From an uncultured delta proteobacterium (GTDB lineage: Bacteria > Desulfobacterota > Binatia > UBA9968), in assembly GCA_963745035.1 (NCBI GenBank), contig CAVUVW010000014.1, positions 32,001 to 96,000 of the forward strand: a stretch of DNA of 64,000 bases, written 5' to 3'. Made by a program: the position numbers and the translations under genes. Numbering within the stretch: position 1 is the stretch's first letter; each line of letters opens with the position of its first letter. The notes beneath the pieces are model-generated. The model did no database searches. It was not told the DNA's origin and was given only the letters and a program-made list of their open reading frames with translations. Below are positions 40,271-50,446 of the stretch, piece after piece.

Positions 40271-40483
40271 AGGTAACAACTCCGCATATCCGTCTCTCAC
40301 TTTGGGACCGGAATTGCGAATCAAATTCAACTGCCACTAGCCGTCTCGCACATACGAGGTACGGGTTCAGCAAATTACGTCTCGCGTGTTTTGGCTAATA
40401 GATGGCGCGGGGAAATTGATTCCTCTGCCCACGAGATGAGAAGGCAAGCCGCAGTTTAAGTATCTGCTGCGAACGTGTACAGA

Positions 40484-40921
40484 TCAGCTCCAGTATCCGA
40501 GCCGTGGAACAAAATAGCTGACCGATCTTGGTAAAGACGGGTGAAGCGCGAGTTCCTGTAATTCCTGTGCTGTAAAAACTCGATGACTTAGCTCTGCATC
40601 GGCTTCTTCGTAATCTAAAATCGCAAAGTTTTGGGTCCAAACGATCCGGAATTCATCGACTTCCATTCTGTCGGCAAAATCGCCTACTGCTCGCAATTGC
40701 TCGGACAACGATGATCGAACTCGGTTCGCTTGTACGAACACATGGGGTTTATTTGTCCGTATTAATGCACTCACCCGCGAGAGAGCAGTTGCATCGAAAC
40801 GAAACATAACGTCGCCCACGAAGACCCGATAGACGTCACTCTTCACATCAACCTTGAAGGTCGTGATCTTAGCAGTTTCGAGAGCCTGTCCTATAATCTT
40901 CAGAGATCGAGAATGAAGCAT
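40484..40921 (-). CDS. Uncharacterised 'LRxIG' two-repeat protein, paralogue 1
   Basis: SLKIIGQALE...LSEQLRAVGDFAD; aligns with 41214, 58261 and 62708. Confidence 0.75.
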   Translation of the reverse strand: MLHSRSLKIIGQALETAKITTFKVDVKSDVYRVFVGDVMFRFDATALSRVSALIRTNKPHVFVQANRVRSSLSEQLRAVGDFADRMEVDEFRIVWTQNFAILDYEEADAELSHRVFTAQELQELALHPSLPRSVSYFVPRLGYWS

Positions 40922-41100
40922 CGATTGCGGCCTGTCAGAGATGGACGATGGCGCAACCCTTATGCCATATGATTTCGTAGCCGATCGTAGACGAATTCGG
41001 TATTCATGGTAATTCTTAGCGGCCATTCCGTGGCAGACAGTGCGTGTCAAGCCGACAATCATTGACAACGAAGCGGGAAGCACCGAGCGCGGCGCTCTAG

Positions 41101-41150
41101 TGGCCTGAGTCCATCCAGGAAAGGGCGGCGTGAATCCGACCATGGCGCTC
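41101..41150 (+). repeat. ~45-nt conserved element, copy 1
   Basis: CCATCCAGGARAGGGCGGYGTGAATCCGACC shared with 41828-41858. Confidence 0.65.
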
Positions 41151-41213
41151 CCAGCAATCTCTTCATCTGAGCTGAACTTTCAATTAGACTGTTTGCATAT
41201 GCCCGAACGCAAT

Positions 41214-41690
41214 ATGGCGGCACGGAGGTACGCTGAAGAACTGAGAACGATCGGTCAAGCGCTTCAGGCCAGAGGTGTGACTGCGTTCGAGCTGCACAGC
41301 GTTCCCGCTGGGTATTTCATCAAAGAGTTGGCCGGTCGGTCGTCCTCTACGCAGAACCGATTACTTCGTTTTTTGAAGAATAGCACTGAATCGACGACCT
41401 ACGGTTTTGAACTGACTGAAGTTCAGGCACTCTCAAGTGCTGGCCGCGCTCGGCGCTCAGCAACGGACCAGATTCCCAATTTTCGTGACTTGTCGAATTT
41501 GCTTCGTACCATCGGTGCATATATGGATTCAAAGCAGGTGGAATTGATCGAGCTGCAGAAGAGGCCGATTTCAATCTCACTTGCGTATCGCGACAAGCTG
41601 GGAAACGAGCAGCGAGAGGATAGGACCGTGTCATCGTTCCACAATGTTTTTCGTGAGATTTTGATGACTCGTGCTTCGACGCCCCGATAG
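41214..41690 (+). CDS. Uncharacterised 'LRxIG' two-repeat protein, paralogue 2
   Basis: YAEELRTIGQALQ...LSNLLRTIGAYMD. Confidence 0.78.
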   Translation: MAARRYAEELRTIGQALQARGVTAFELHSVPAGYFIKELAGRSSSTQNRLLRFLKNSTESTTYGFELTEVQALSSAGRARRSATDQIPNFRDLSNLLRTIGAYMDSKQVELIELQKRPISISLAYRDKLGNEQREDRTVSSFHNVFREILMTRASTPR

Positions 41691-41813
41691 CGGCTCGATG
41701 GTTACGTGCCGGTTCCCGGCGCCTCTCTTTTCAAGGTCTCACCCGACGGCTGCATGCTGAAAATCGCCGACTAAATCCCCTTCCCAACGAACGCGCTGCC
41801 CAACATCAAAAGC

Positions 41814-41864
41814 GTTGCGCCTGGAGCCCATCCAGGAGAGGGCGGTGTGAATCCGACCGCAGCT
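41814..41864 (+). repeat. ~45-nt conserved element, copy 2
   Basis: As copy 1; can fold GTTGCG/CGCAGC closing stem, CCTGGA/TCCAGG and CGG-TGTGAAT-CCG hairpins. Confidence 0.65.
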
Positions 41865-42088
41865 CTCTAAACCTGATTGACGAATAGTATCCAGGACCGG
41901 AGATGCCGTCTCCGCGACAGGAATGGCACTTCGTGCACGAAACCCGTCATAGTTGACATGCAACCGTTGCGATTTCGGAACGTCGACTAACTGTCAAGTG
42001 AGGAGCTTTGGAGCACTCTGCTGCACAACGACGCCATCTTGCACAGTTCACCGCCACACCCCTTCCGTGTCATCTTTCCGTCCCTGAT

Positions 42089-42104
42089 TGGCATCTCTTG
42101 TGCT
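42089..42104 (+). promoter_or_regulatory. Putative sigma54 promoter
   Basis: TGGCATCTCTTGTGCT (GG-N10-GC), 35 bp upstream of an ATG with AAGGAG RBS. Confidence 0.55.
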
Positions 42105-42138
42105 CCTAACTCGGGAGAATTCCAAGGAGCTATCAGTC

Positions 42139-42345
42139 ATGCACGACCTATTTTTCTTGTCGGCGATCTCAGTAGCCGTATTTCTGTTTTTTCTGCCAAC
42201 CATCAGTAACCTGCTGAGCCGCAACAGAACCCGGGAAATAGAGCGGTTCAGAACGGAGAATTCCGAGTCGGACATCTGGAGCTTTGACCGTTCGAAGTCG
42301 AATAACGTCGAGACGAGATCTGCTGACGACTGGGGTCTGAATTAA
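42139..42345 (+). CDS. Small single-TM protein
   Basis: AAGGAG RBS, MHDLFFLSAISVAVFLFFLP TM, charged tail. Confidence 0.6.
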   Translation: MHDLFFLSAISVAVFLFFLPTISNLLSRNRTREIERFRTENSESDIWSFDRSKSNNVETRSADDWGLN

Positions 42346-42364
42346 GACGGAAGGGAGGAACGTC

Positions 42365-42499
42365 ATGTTCAACGACGATCCGAAAGAGTATCTGATCTCA
42401 TTCAAAGACTTCTTGCTTGCGCAGCAAGCTGAAAACGGAGATCCCGCTGCTGCCGCGCTCATCGCAGAGATTGAGCGAGAGCTTTTGAAGCGCGTCTGA
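42365..42499 (+). CDS. 44-aa protein
   Basis: GGGAGG RBS; MFNDDPKEYLISFKDFLLAQQAENGDPAAAALIAEIERELLKRV*, below the ORF-track cutoff. Confidence 0.6.
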   Translation: MFNDDPKEYLISFKDFLLAQQAENGDPAAAALIAEIERELLKRV

Positions 42500-43923
42500 G
42501 CCCTAGCTGTAAACAATCGGGAGGTCGGTCATTTGGAAGACTTTATAGTCTTCGCAGTGGACTCGATCTTTTTGCCGCGCCTCGTTAAACTTTTTGGCAA
42601 CTGACCGTCCTCATCTTTCTTTTTTTCTGTGAACCAACCGGTAACCGGACTTTCTCTTCGCTGTATTCTCTAAACCGGACGGGAATTCGCTAGGTTGACG
42701 ACCAGAGTTTTCTTTCGTCGCCTTTTTCGTGCTTTTTCCTTTTGTTTTCCCGTCTTGCTTGTCGACGTACGGCAGCAGCGAAATTGGGTGGCTGAAACAC
42801 GGATTGAACCATCCCCAAGCCGCATTGAGGAGAGAAGCCGAAATTCAAATCTGCTGCCGCTGGATGAGCAGGCGTCAACAAAACCGTACCCGAATGAAAC
42901 TTCCCAGAAGACTTTTCAACATGCATTGGGGTAATCCTTACGCCGGATGAGTGGAAATTTTTGGCTGAGTCGGCCCGGTGTTTTGGTAGCACGTCGCCAG
43001 TTAATGACCATCTGAGGCCATTTTCTGCGAGGCATATGTTTCGCTTTCCTGTTCTCCAAAAGCGCCGAGGAGGAAAATTTTTTGAACGCCGAAATCAGTC
43101 TGATCACCCACAAGCTAAAGGAACGAATTGTTTGTTTCCTTGGGGCCAACCATGCAAGAACGGGAACGAATGAGCCAGTCTCTTGGAGAGGAATCTGGAT
43201 TGAGTTCGGGGTGGATGAAAATGAATTCTGCGCAGCCTTGAATGCCGCCGCACAAGAAGACCCTCCAGCCATCGTTTTCACCGATTCCGATCACATCAAA
43301 CTAAACTTAAAGGTAGGATCCGGGGCCAAAGTCACACGGAGAGGTACCCCGACCCTTGAAACCAATGATTCCGTAGCGTTAACGAGACGAATCTTCGGCT
43401 TCTTCGGCAGATTCAGTTATCGACAACCGCGGCAGGGCGAACGTCATCTCGGAAGCATACCATCCAACAGCTAGGCTTAGTTTTATTATTAATGACGCGA
43501 CGCGCGCCATAAGTGACCAGCATTGGTCGTTAACTGAATGAATCCAAGCGCCTGGAGGCGGCTTTGGGTGGCTCAATTTACCGATTCAAACCGATTCGAG
43601 CATGGTTCTGGTAAAGTTGTGACAAAGTAGATTTGCAATGCTCCGGTTCTTTGCGGGTTTGCGTCCAATCAGAGCGTGGGAGAGCGAAATGGCTTACTCC
43701 AACGCTGGCGCCCCGAGAAGTGGCCCTCGGGAAAATGCAGACGAACTGCTTGACGATGTCCGAACCGACCACGCCGCCTGAAGAGCGCCCTGATGAATGT
43801 TCCCGCCCAATACCTCTTTCTGGTTTCCACAACTTGGTCGACGTCGAGCCCGATGCGGACAGCCCACTCGCGTATCTCTGGAGCTTTTGTCTTTGTACTC
43901 AGGAACAAACCAAATGATAACCT

Positions 43924-44799
43924 TTACTGGGGGGCAGGAATCACAGGGTCGAGTTTCCGCTCACCATACCCAAACCGGGGGTCGAGAGAAAGCATGGCCT
44001 GTTCGACAAAATGGAGTTCCCGCACGCTTAAATATTCCCGGTAACCGCCCACTATTCCACGCCTCACTTTGAACGAATCTGGGTCCCCGGGATCCTGCGG
44101 AAGCAAGATTCCCTTCTGAAATTCGCGGCTAGCCTCCATCTTTTTCATATTGTCAAAGCTGGAAAACCGAAGGCTGTGATTCAACGCTTCCTCATTAATT
44201 GCATCGAATCCGAAGAATTTCAGCAAAGCCTCAAAAGCGGCGCGCGTGTCCTGCCGGCAGTTTTCGTACCGCAGCAGCATAAAATTGTTTTTCTCCCCCC
44301 ACTCCCGGATCCAGGTGTTCATGACATGAATCACGGACACGATCCCGAACCGAGGGTCATAGATGAGATCTGACAGCGTCCCATTGAACTGCCGGTCACG
44401 CTTGCTCAACTGAAAGAACAACGATACCAAAATGTCGCGCGGGTCACGGGAGAGCAGCAGAATGGGTTTGCAATCGACTGCCTGGCGCGGGACTAGGTGC
44501 TTTCCGCGAATCGCGTCTATCAAGTTTGCTGTACTACGATGCTTCCACAGGTCGTGTGTGAAAACGAAATCAGGCAAACCGCTTGCGATGATTTCGTCTT
44601 CGTCTAACGTAAACGGGTGATGCTGAAGCGCGCAACAATAAGCGTGCAGAAACACTCTCAGCCAAGTGCGCCCGCTCTTCGGGATGGACACGATGATACC
44701 TCGCGCCGTCCCATAGCGACGTCTCCTCGAACTAAAGTTGCGTCTTTTGACTTTCATCAGTTTCCATGCGGCGCAAGGCACTTCTTTTCTCCGATCCAC
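43924..44799 (-). CDS. Sulfotransferase domain protein
   Basis: 5'-PSB SIPKSGRTW, 3'-PB RDPRDILVS, LRYE, SSFDNMK, KVRRGIVGGY. Confidence 0.9.
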   Translation of the reverse strand: MDRRKEVPCAAWKLMKVKRRNFSSRRRRYGTARGIIVSIPKSGRTWLRVFLHAYCCALQHHPFTLDEDEIIASGLPDFVFTHDLWKHRSTANLIDAIRGKHLVPRQAVDCKPILLLSRDPRDILVSLFFQLSKRDRQFNGTLSDLIYDPRFGIVSVIHVMNTWIREWGEKNNFMLLRYENCRQDTRAAFEALLKFFGFDAINEEALNHSLRFSSFDNMKKMEASREFQKGILLPQDPGDPDSFKVRRGIVGGYREYLSVRELHFVEQAMLSLDPRFGYGERKLDPVIPAPQ

Positions 44800-45084
44800 T
44801 TTCCTACATGATCAATTGCGGCGTCGCTTCCGCCCGATGATAGGAACAGAGAAGTTCACCGCGCGCGTCATCTTTTAGTTTCAGGGCGCCCCGATTTAAT
44901 CGAACGTCGGCGTAGCCTCCGCGGAACGGTCTTGAGATCTTCCTGGCGCACAACTCGCGCCGTCTCTGGATCAATCTAAGCGGGCTTTCAGGCATGTTCC
45001 GCAATTTCCTGTCGATTTTGATAATTTACCGTGTCATCAAACAGACGACACGAGGAGTTTAGGTTCTCGCGCTGTGTGTAAAGG

Positions 45085-45355
45085 CTAGTGAAAACTGTCA
45101 AAGAATCCCGCATCGATTTCGTAGATCGTGCGTGGCTTCAAACCCAATTCAAGTTGTTCAAGCATTAGAATAAGTTTTTCGCCATCGACGAGTTCAATAG
45201 GAGGAACGCCATCCCGAATCGGACAAGCCCAGCTTTTGTGCAATGACCGACCTGACCTCGTCTGGTCGGCCAGATCCACCCAGCTGATGGAGCCCTTCGA
45301 GCACAGGGCCAAAATATCTTACAAATTGTGGCGCTCCGGAAACCGACTTTGCCAT
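45085..45355 (-). pseudogene. mrr: Mrr restriction endonuclease with large internal deletion
   Basis: Mrr_N-like PQFVRYFGPVLEGLHQLGGSGRPDEV joined out of frame to C-terminal RDGVPPIELVDGEKL...ELGL. Confidence 0.75.
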
Positions 45356-45533
45356 CGTACGGATATAGCCCAGATGTATAACGATCTGCAAATCTGGGAA
45401 CCTCCATACTATTTAAGCTCCCATCCAGTAGAGTTCACCGCGCGGTTCCGGTCAATCAGCTTCGAACTAGACCGACATGAGGACTTGATTCTAAGTTGGT
45501 AAAATAAATTCGTCGGCCGTTGCACCGACGACT

Positions 45534-45641
45534 GGCTCCGACGTCCGGCCCAGGGACAATCAACCCGTTCCTGATCACCCGCCCGCCGGGAGAACGGCTC
45601 TTTGCCTCGCAATGTCAGTAGCACCGGCAGCGGCGGTCCAG
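45534..45641 (-). repeat. ~110-nt structured non-coding element, copy 2 of 3
   Basis: See 35910-36016. Confidence 0.75.
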
Positions 45642-45742
45642 GGCGTGATTACAAAACGGAGCTTCGTTACAGCTAGCTCCCAAAAGCCAAACCGACTAAC
45701 GCTGTTGTCATGTGCTATACCGTGAAATGACCCGGCTCGCAT

Positions 45743-46288
45743 ATGAACCGTCTGCTTTCCCGAACGTGCCAGATTGTCGCAATGCTCGTGATCCTTACGT
45801 TGATCGGGAGCTACTTTTACCTCAGGTTCATTGGGCGGAGCCATCCAATTGCCAAGTTGATCGGTGCTTATAACTACCATATCGCTACACTCGGGGACTA
45901 TGTTCGATACAAGCGAGATCCAAACCGCTTTTATAATGCATACTCTGCGGCAGGCCTCAGCTTTGATTGCGAGCGAATTCGAGATGATTTCGTGAAGCTG
46001 ACTCAATCGATCATATCGCCAGAGCTATCGATATCAACAGAAACAATGGTCTGGCGCGAAGGCAGAGCCCTTCATCTTGCCGATTCCAGCGTCGCTGACG
46101 ATGAAACGTTCGCCGCGTGGAAGAACCAAGTAGTCAATCTAGCTATGATGCAGCATCCACGTGAGGCGAGCCACTACGGAACTCTACTCCAAGCTCTGTT
46201 CACATCTGTCACGATAAACGGAAGTAAGCCGGGTGAAGAGTTTAGCGTTAAAACCAAAAGAAGCAGTAAGTTTGATGCATGCGAGTGA
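45743..46288 (+). CDS. Hypothetical membrane-anchored protein
   Basis: 181-aa ORF with N-terminal TM; lies between two copies of the 110-nt element. Confidence 0.6.
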   Translation: MNRLLSRTCQIVAMLVILTLIGSYFYLRFIGRSHPIAKLIGAYNYHIATLGDYVRYKRDPNRFYNAYSAAGLSFDCERIRDDFVKLTQSIISPELSISTETMVWREGRALHLADSSVADDETFAAWKNQVVNLAMMQHPREASHYGTLLQALFTSVTINGSKPGEEFSVKTKRSSKFDACE

Positions 46289-46376
46289 GTCATTTAAGGT
46301 GGACAGTCTGCCGCCGTCGCATTGGCCTGCCAGATTGAGCGGTGAGCTGTGCGTCGAAACCGGAGAAGCCGGGTCC

Positions 46377-46484
46377 GGTTCCGACGACCAGCTAGAGGGA
46401 CAATCAACCCATTCCTTATGATCCGCCACACCGGGGAGAACGGCTCTTTGCCCACAATGTCAGTAGCACCGGCAGCGGCCCAGA
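46377..46484 (-). repeat. ~110-nt structured non-coding element, copy 3 of 3
   Basis: See 35910-36016. Confidence 0.75.
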
Positions 46485-46639
46485 CCCATGCTGAGTTTAG
46501 TGCGTGGGACCAGGCCCTACGGGAATACGCGGACTTCTCTTTGCTATCGTTCTGGCGGAACTTTTGATGGAACGGGCGGAGTTGGTCTGAAAATCGCACC
46601 CGCCCAACATATATAACCCGAGAAGGACGACCTTGAGCG

Positions 46640-46774
46640 TTAGAGGAATGGGCTGTTATCTCCAGCCCTATTTAGATAAACGTGTTCGTCCTCAGTATCA
46701 GTGATTGCAAGATAGAGGATCACCACGCCCAAAAGAGCCAGAATAACTAAACCGATGACAACGGCATAAAACAT
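46640..46774 (-). CDS. 44-aa single-TM microprotein
   Basis: MFYAVVIGLVILALLGVVILYLAITDTEDEHVYLNRAGDNSPFL*. Confidence 0.5.
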   Translation of the reverse strand: MFYAVVIGLVILALLGVVILYLAITDTEDEHVYLNRAGDNSPFL

Positions 46775-46859
46775 TAAACGCTATTTTAACCCAAGCCGGC
46801 GGAAATATCGAGCTTTATTTCACAGGCAAAAGATTGCTGTCTCCGCTATCCTGTGTCCC

Positions 46860-47065
46860 ATGGCAGGCATACGGGGCAAGAGCGGCCTCCCAGGCAACCA
46901 GAACGCGTTTAGGTCGCACAGCGCCGGGTGAACGGCGCTTTTACGCCCAGCAGAGCAGTCCATCCGCGATGAAATCCTAAGCCCGGGCTGATTACAGACA
47001 AGGGCGGTGAGGCACAGATCAGCACAGCTATGCGCGTGCTTGCCGAGGTGATCGCCTCGGACAGC
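46860..47065 (+). pseudogene. Degraded MAGIRGKSGxxGNQNAFR-family gene
   Basis: MAGIRGKSGLPGNQNAFR...AEQSIRDEIL...DKGGEAQISTAMRVLAEVIASD across frames. Confidence 0.6.
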
Positions 47066-47126
47066 TTGGCTGGTCGCGGCGAACCTCCGATCGACGTAGG
47101 CCCCCGGCTGCCGATCTTCCAGAGCT

Positions 47127-47210
47127 TTACTCAAATAGATTGAAAGCGGTGATCACCAGCACAAAAAGAGGGAGTACAATCCCAGCGATGAAGTAAACAG
47201 CAGATGACAT
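47127..47210 (-). CDS. 27-aa single-TM microprotein
   Basis: MSSAVYFIAGIVLPLFVLVITAFNLFE*. Confidence 0.35.
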   Translation of the reverse strand: MSSAVYFIAGIVLPLFVLVITAFNLFE

Positions 47211-47681
47211 TCGCTCATTTTATTCGCACCGAAGCTGAGAGTCTAGTTTTTTCTCACCTGTGAGATGACGACGGAACCGAAACGCTTCACAAGAATCATC
47301 GAGAACATGCCCGAACAGGATGTAAGCTAAGACTTCTTTAAACGAAAACTGCTCATAGCGTTGTCCCATCGCAACACCTTATCCGGAAAGTGTTGCACTT
47401 CGTCTGTCAATGTAGGGATTGCGGGGCCTGAGAAAGGTCGGGCGTTGCCGAGAGAAAGCAGTTGCTCAATGCGGCCGATCTTCGCAGAAATAGAGGCGAA
47501 GCTGAAGCAAGGAGTCCAGGCTCAACGGATATGCAACCGAGCTGTGAGCGACCTTTAGTGTATCCGATTTGATCGAGCAACAGTCGTAGTTAGCTACATC
47601 CGGCCCATGTGTGGGATCTTGCAAGGGCTGGGTCGGAGCTGCCAAAGATCCGCGATGGGGTGTGCAACCTAAATTACCCTC

Positions 47682-48267
47682 TCAATTCACGCATTGAGCA
47701 AACCCACAATTGAGGCGTTCGAGATTTCTCGCTGCTTTCTCAAGAGCGTTCACCTGCTTAATCAGATTATTGCTACCTTCATATTGCTCTTTTGCCTTTA
47801 TATGAAGGTAGACTCCGTCACCGAGAGCACGCTTGGCCGCTGCGGTCGCCGCCTTCATACTGTCCCGTGCGATCTTTGCCTCACGGGATGCTCCTGCCGA
47901 TGTATACGCCGCCGCTGCTTTGTCCCACAATTGACTAGCCTTCTGATAATTTTTAATTTTCTGCGGCCAAAACTTTATGGTCCCCTGCGAGGTCCAGTAC
48001 GTCGCCGGCATCGAGAGAGTTTGACCTATTGCCATGGGCAACGATCCCGGTCTGAATCTCATGGTTTCTTGCGATCTGTTGGCGAATTTTGGCGATCTCC
48101 TCCCATTGCTCGGCCGTTTGCATGGAGTTCAATACCGAAGTTGCGATAGATTCTTTCGTAAAAACGGAAGACAAAAATATCGCAGCAATAACGGCAATTA
48201 GTTTCAAGGCATGCGTTTTAGTGACTGACCACGAAATTAGGATAGATTTGGAGCTGCCGAGCGTCAT
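47682..48267 (-). CDS. Hypothetical exported alpha-helical protein, frameshift near 47955
   Basis: Signal/TM in ORF 47953..48288 continues as YQKASQLWDKAAAAY... in ORF 47682..48062. Confidence 0.6.
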
Positions 48268-48905
48268 GACACTTAAATCCTTTCGCAATGTGTTGCCCTC
48301 CTCGCTGCATGTGTTTTCAAGAACAGGTACGCGATGGCGGTGAATACCATGGCGAACACATAGTAACTCGCAACAAACTTCACCTACCGTTGTAGAGGGC
48401 TATAAGTCGGGCAACCGAGGCAGTGCTCGACCATTCGAACCGGGGTTTCATGCCGAGCGGAGCGGCAATGAATACTTTCCGGCGCTGATCTAAATAAAAT
48501 AGGCAATCGCGTGTCTGTGTTCGGTTCTTGGAATAAAGATAGGCAGCAAGAAAAAGACCAGAAACAACTGACAAACTTCTTGGTATTATCGGGGAAGATA
48601 AACCGGGACAGAAGACTCAGATGTGATCTAGTTCATCTAGTTCAACAAAATTGATCGGCAAAACTATTAAGGTGGGACAGGTACATTTTTCTTCTTAGTT
48701 AAATATTGCACACAACCGATACTCGGGCCGTGAAACGCAGATAGAATCGGCGATTCACAGGCAAAATAGTGGTGTCTCCGGTATCCTGTGCTCATGGCAG
48801 GCATACGCGGCAAGAGCGGCCCATCAGGCAACCAGAACGCCTTCGACATGGTTTGGCGGGCATTGCACAACTACGGGTAAACGGCGCGCTGACACCGGCG
48901 ATTAA

Positions 48906-49217
48906 TCAGCCGTATTTCTTGACTGCTTGCTCGATTGCGCCTCCAGCCTTAGCAAGGTCGTCAGGTACCATCACGGGGTGAATCTCAATCCTCGCATTGA
49001 AAGCGAGGAGCCACGGCTCCACGATTGCGGGAATCAGGGAAGCGTCCTGCATCTCAAGAAAGAGAAACGCCGTCCGTTGACCATTGTCGTCCGTAAAATA
49101 TACGGCCTCGGGCTTCAAATCCGCCAATATGGATTGGATAGTCGTGCCGAGCTTTCCCGCTTTCGCAGCCGCATTTCCGGCTTCGACAGGAATGTTCACC
49201 TTGACTAGAAATCGCAT
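48906..49217 (-). CDS. DUF3303/GYD-like small protein, copy 2
   Basis: Identical translation to 38514..38825. Confidence 0.75.
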   Translation of the reverse strand: MRFLVKVNIPVEAGNAAAKAGKLGTTIQSILADLKPEAVYFTDDNGQRTAFLFLEMQDASLIPAIVEPWLLAFNARIEIHPVMVPDDLAKAGGAIEQAVKKYG

Positions 49218-49269
49218 AGATCACCTCCGCATTATTTGATTGCTTTTCCCAAGATATCCCTTTCATGAG

Positions 49270-49497
49270 TTAGGTGGTCTCCGCCGTTGGATCAGGCTTG
49301 CTGCCAGACTTTCTTTCATCTCCGGTATGCATCACCGGTCTTTTTAACAGGACAGTATCGCTCTGCGCAGCGTACGCCACGGCTTCCCATCCCTCGCGCC
49401 CGAAACCGTTCAGAATATCTTCGTGCTTTTCTCGTTGATGCGGTTCTGTCGCATCCACAAGCAATCCGAGCGCGACCAGCTTGTATTCCCATTGCAT
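49270..49497 (-). CDS. DUF4177-like small protein, copy 2
   Basis: Identical translation to 38878..39105. Confidence 0.75.
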   Translation of the reverse strand: MQWEYKLVALGLLVDATEPHQREKHEDILNGFGREGWEAVAYAAQSDTVLLKRPVMHTGDERKSGSKPDPTAETT

Positions 49498-49695
49498 AAA
49501 AATGTCCGCCATTCTGAAAAGTTGTGTGACTTTGCTACAATCGAAATGCGGTCCCTGATGAAAAAGGATATCAGAGACCCCAGAGCATTGTAGATGGTCG
49601 GAAAAAAAGAACACAGTGGATCCCAATACCATTGCCTTCCGGCATAGTCTTTCGGCAATCGAGCGCCGCCGCACAGAGGGTGAGCTAACCCATGA

Positions 49696-49967
49696 TGGCG
49701 AAGTTCTCCAAGGTTGTGAGCTGGAGCACACAACTCCGGAAGCGTGGGGCCAAAGAAAGTTATGAGATAGCAACGAAGATCGATCGCTATGAGAACCACA
49801 GCCTACGAGGCACACCAAAGGGAGCGGCGCGGGATTGCCGGGAAGTCAGAGATGCGAATTTCCTTTCCCGCGGCTATCCGCAAAGAGCGAAGCTAATTGC
49901 GGAGCGGAGAATATATCTTGCTGCCGTCCGGTTAGCCGACACATTAATGCGGAGCTATTTGCGCTGA
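49696..49967 (+). pseudogene. S1/P1 nuclease 3' remnant, copy 1
   Basis: AKESYEIATKI...GYPQRAKLIAERRIYLAAVRLADTL resembles the WAxES...ERQLxxAGxRLAxxL C-terminus of S1/P1 nucleases. Confidence 0.6.
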
Positions 49968-50223
49968 GCTTCGAAAGTGTGTAACGGAATCGCCCTAGCA
50001 AGGTGAATTCATTGTCATCGAACAGAAAGACCGGCACCTGAGTCATTGGCTCCAAAATCCCCAATGCCTCACTCTCTAATGCCTGGCGCTGTTTCAAAAT
50101 ATGAGGCCGTGCGTTCTCTAAGTCCTCTTCACTCATCGAGCTGATGTGCTGAATTAGCATTTCGAGCGTCCGCGCCTCATGCTCTAACTGCGCCAGTTTT
50201 TGGATGTCTGCCTCGATGCTCAT
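49846..50223 (-). CDS. Hypothetical coiled-coil protein
   Basis: GAGGGGG RBS, MSIEADIQKLAQLEHEARTLE...; 3' end runs into the S1/P1 remnant. Confidence 0.5.
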   Translation of the reverse strand: MSIEADIQKLAQLEHEARTLEMLIQHISSMSEEDLENARPHILKQRQALESEALGILEPMTQVPVFLFDDNEFTLLGRFRYTLSKLSANSSALMCRLTGRQQDIFSAPQLASLFADSRGKGNSHL

Positions 50224-50330
50224 GTTGCCCCCTCATGACACACTTTCAGGATAAGGCAAAAGTTGGGAAAGTGAAGGGCTATCGACAACTAACTAGCGGG
50301 AGTCACCCACTCGGCACGTACACCAATGGG

Positions 50331-50432
50331 CAGCGGCGGATACCCGCAAAGGACGAAGCTAATGCGGAGCGGCGGGTCTAGGTTTCAGGGTTTCGATTAG
50401 CAGCGACTCTAGGAACTTTATTCGGCAAGTAA
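50331..50432 (+). pseudogene. S1/P1 nuclease 3' remnant, copy 2
   Basis: ggatacccgcaaaggacgaagctaatgcggagcggcgg homologous to 49872-49910. Confidence 0.55.
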
Positions 50433-50446
50433 AGAAGCAGGGCCGG

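Larger units (their letters stand above)
48759..49695 (+). repeat. ~0.94 kb direct duplication, copy 2
   Basis: Near-identical to 38367-39303. Confidence 0.95.

Noticed and set aside
41101-41864. 45-nt element as tRNA fragment or FMN/cobalamin/SAM riboswitch
   Set aside because: Only a T-loop-like hairpin is shared; the remaining conserved cores are absent
42690-43917. Several overlapping 60-130 aa ORFs
   Set aside because: No motifs, RBS or consistent strand; none could be supported
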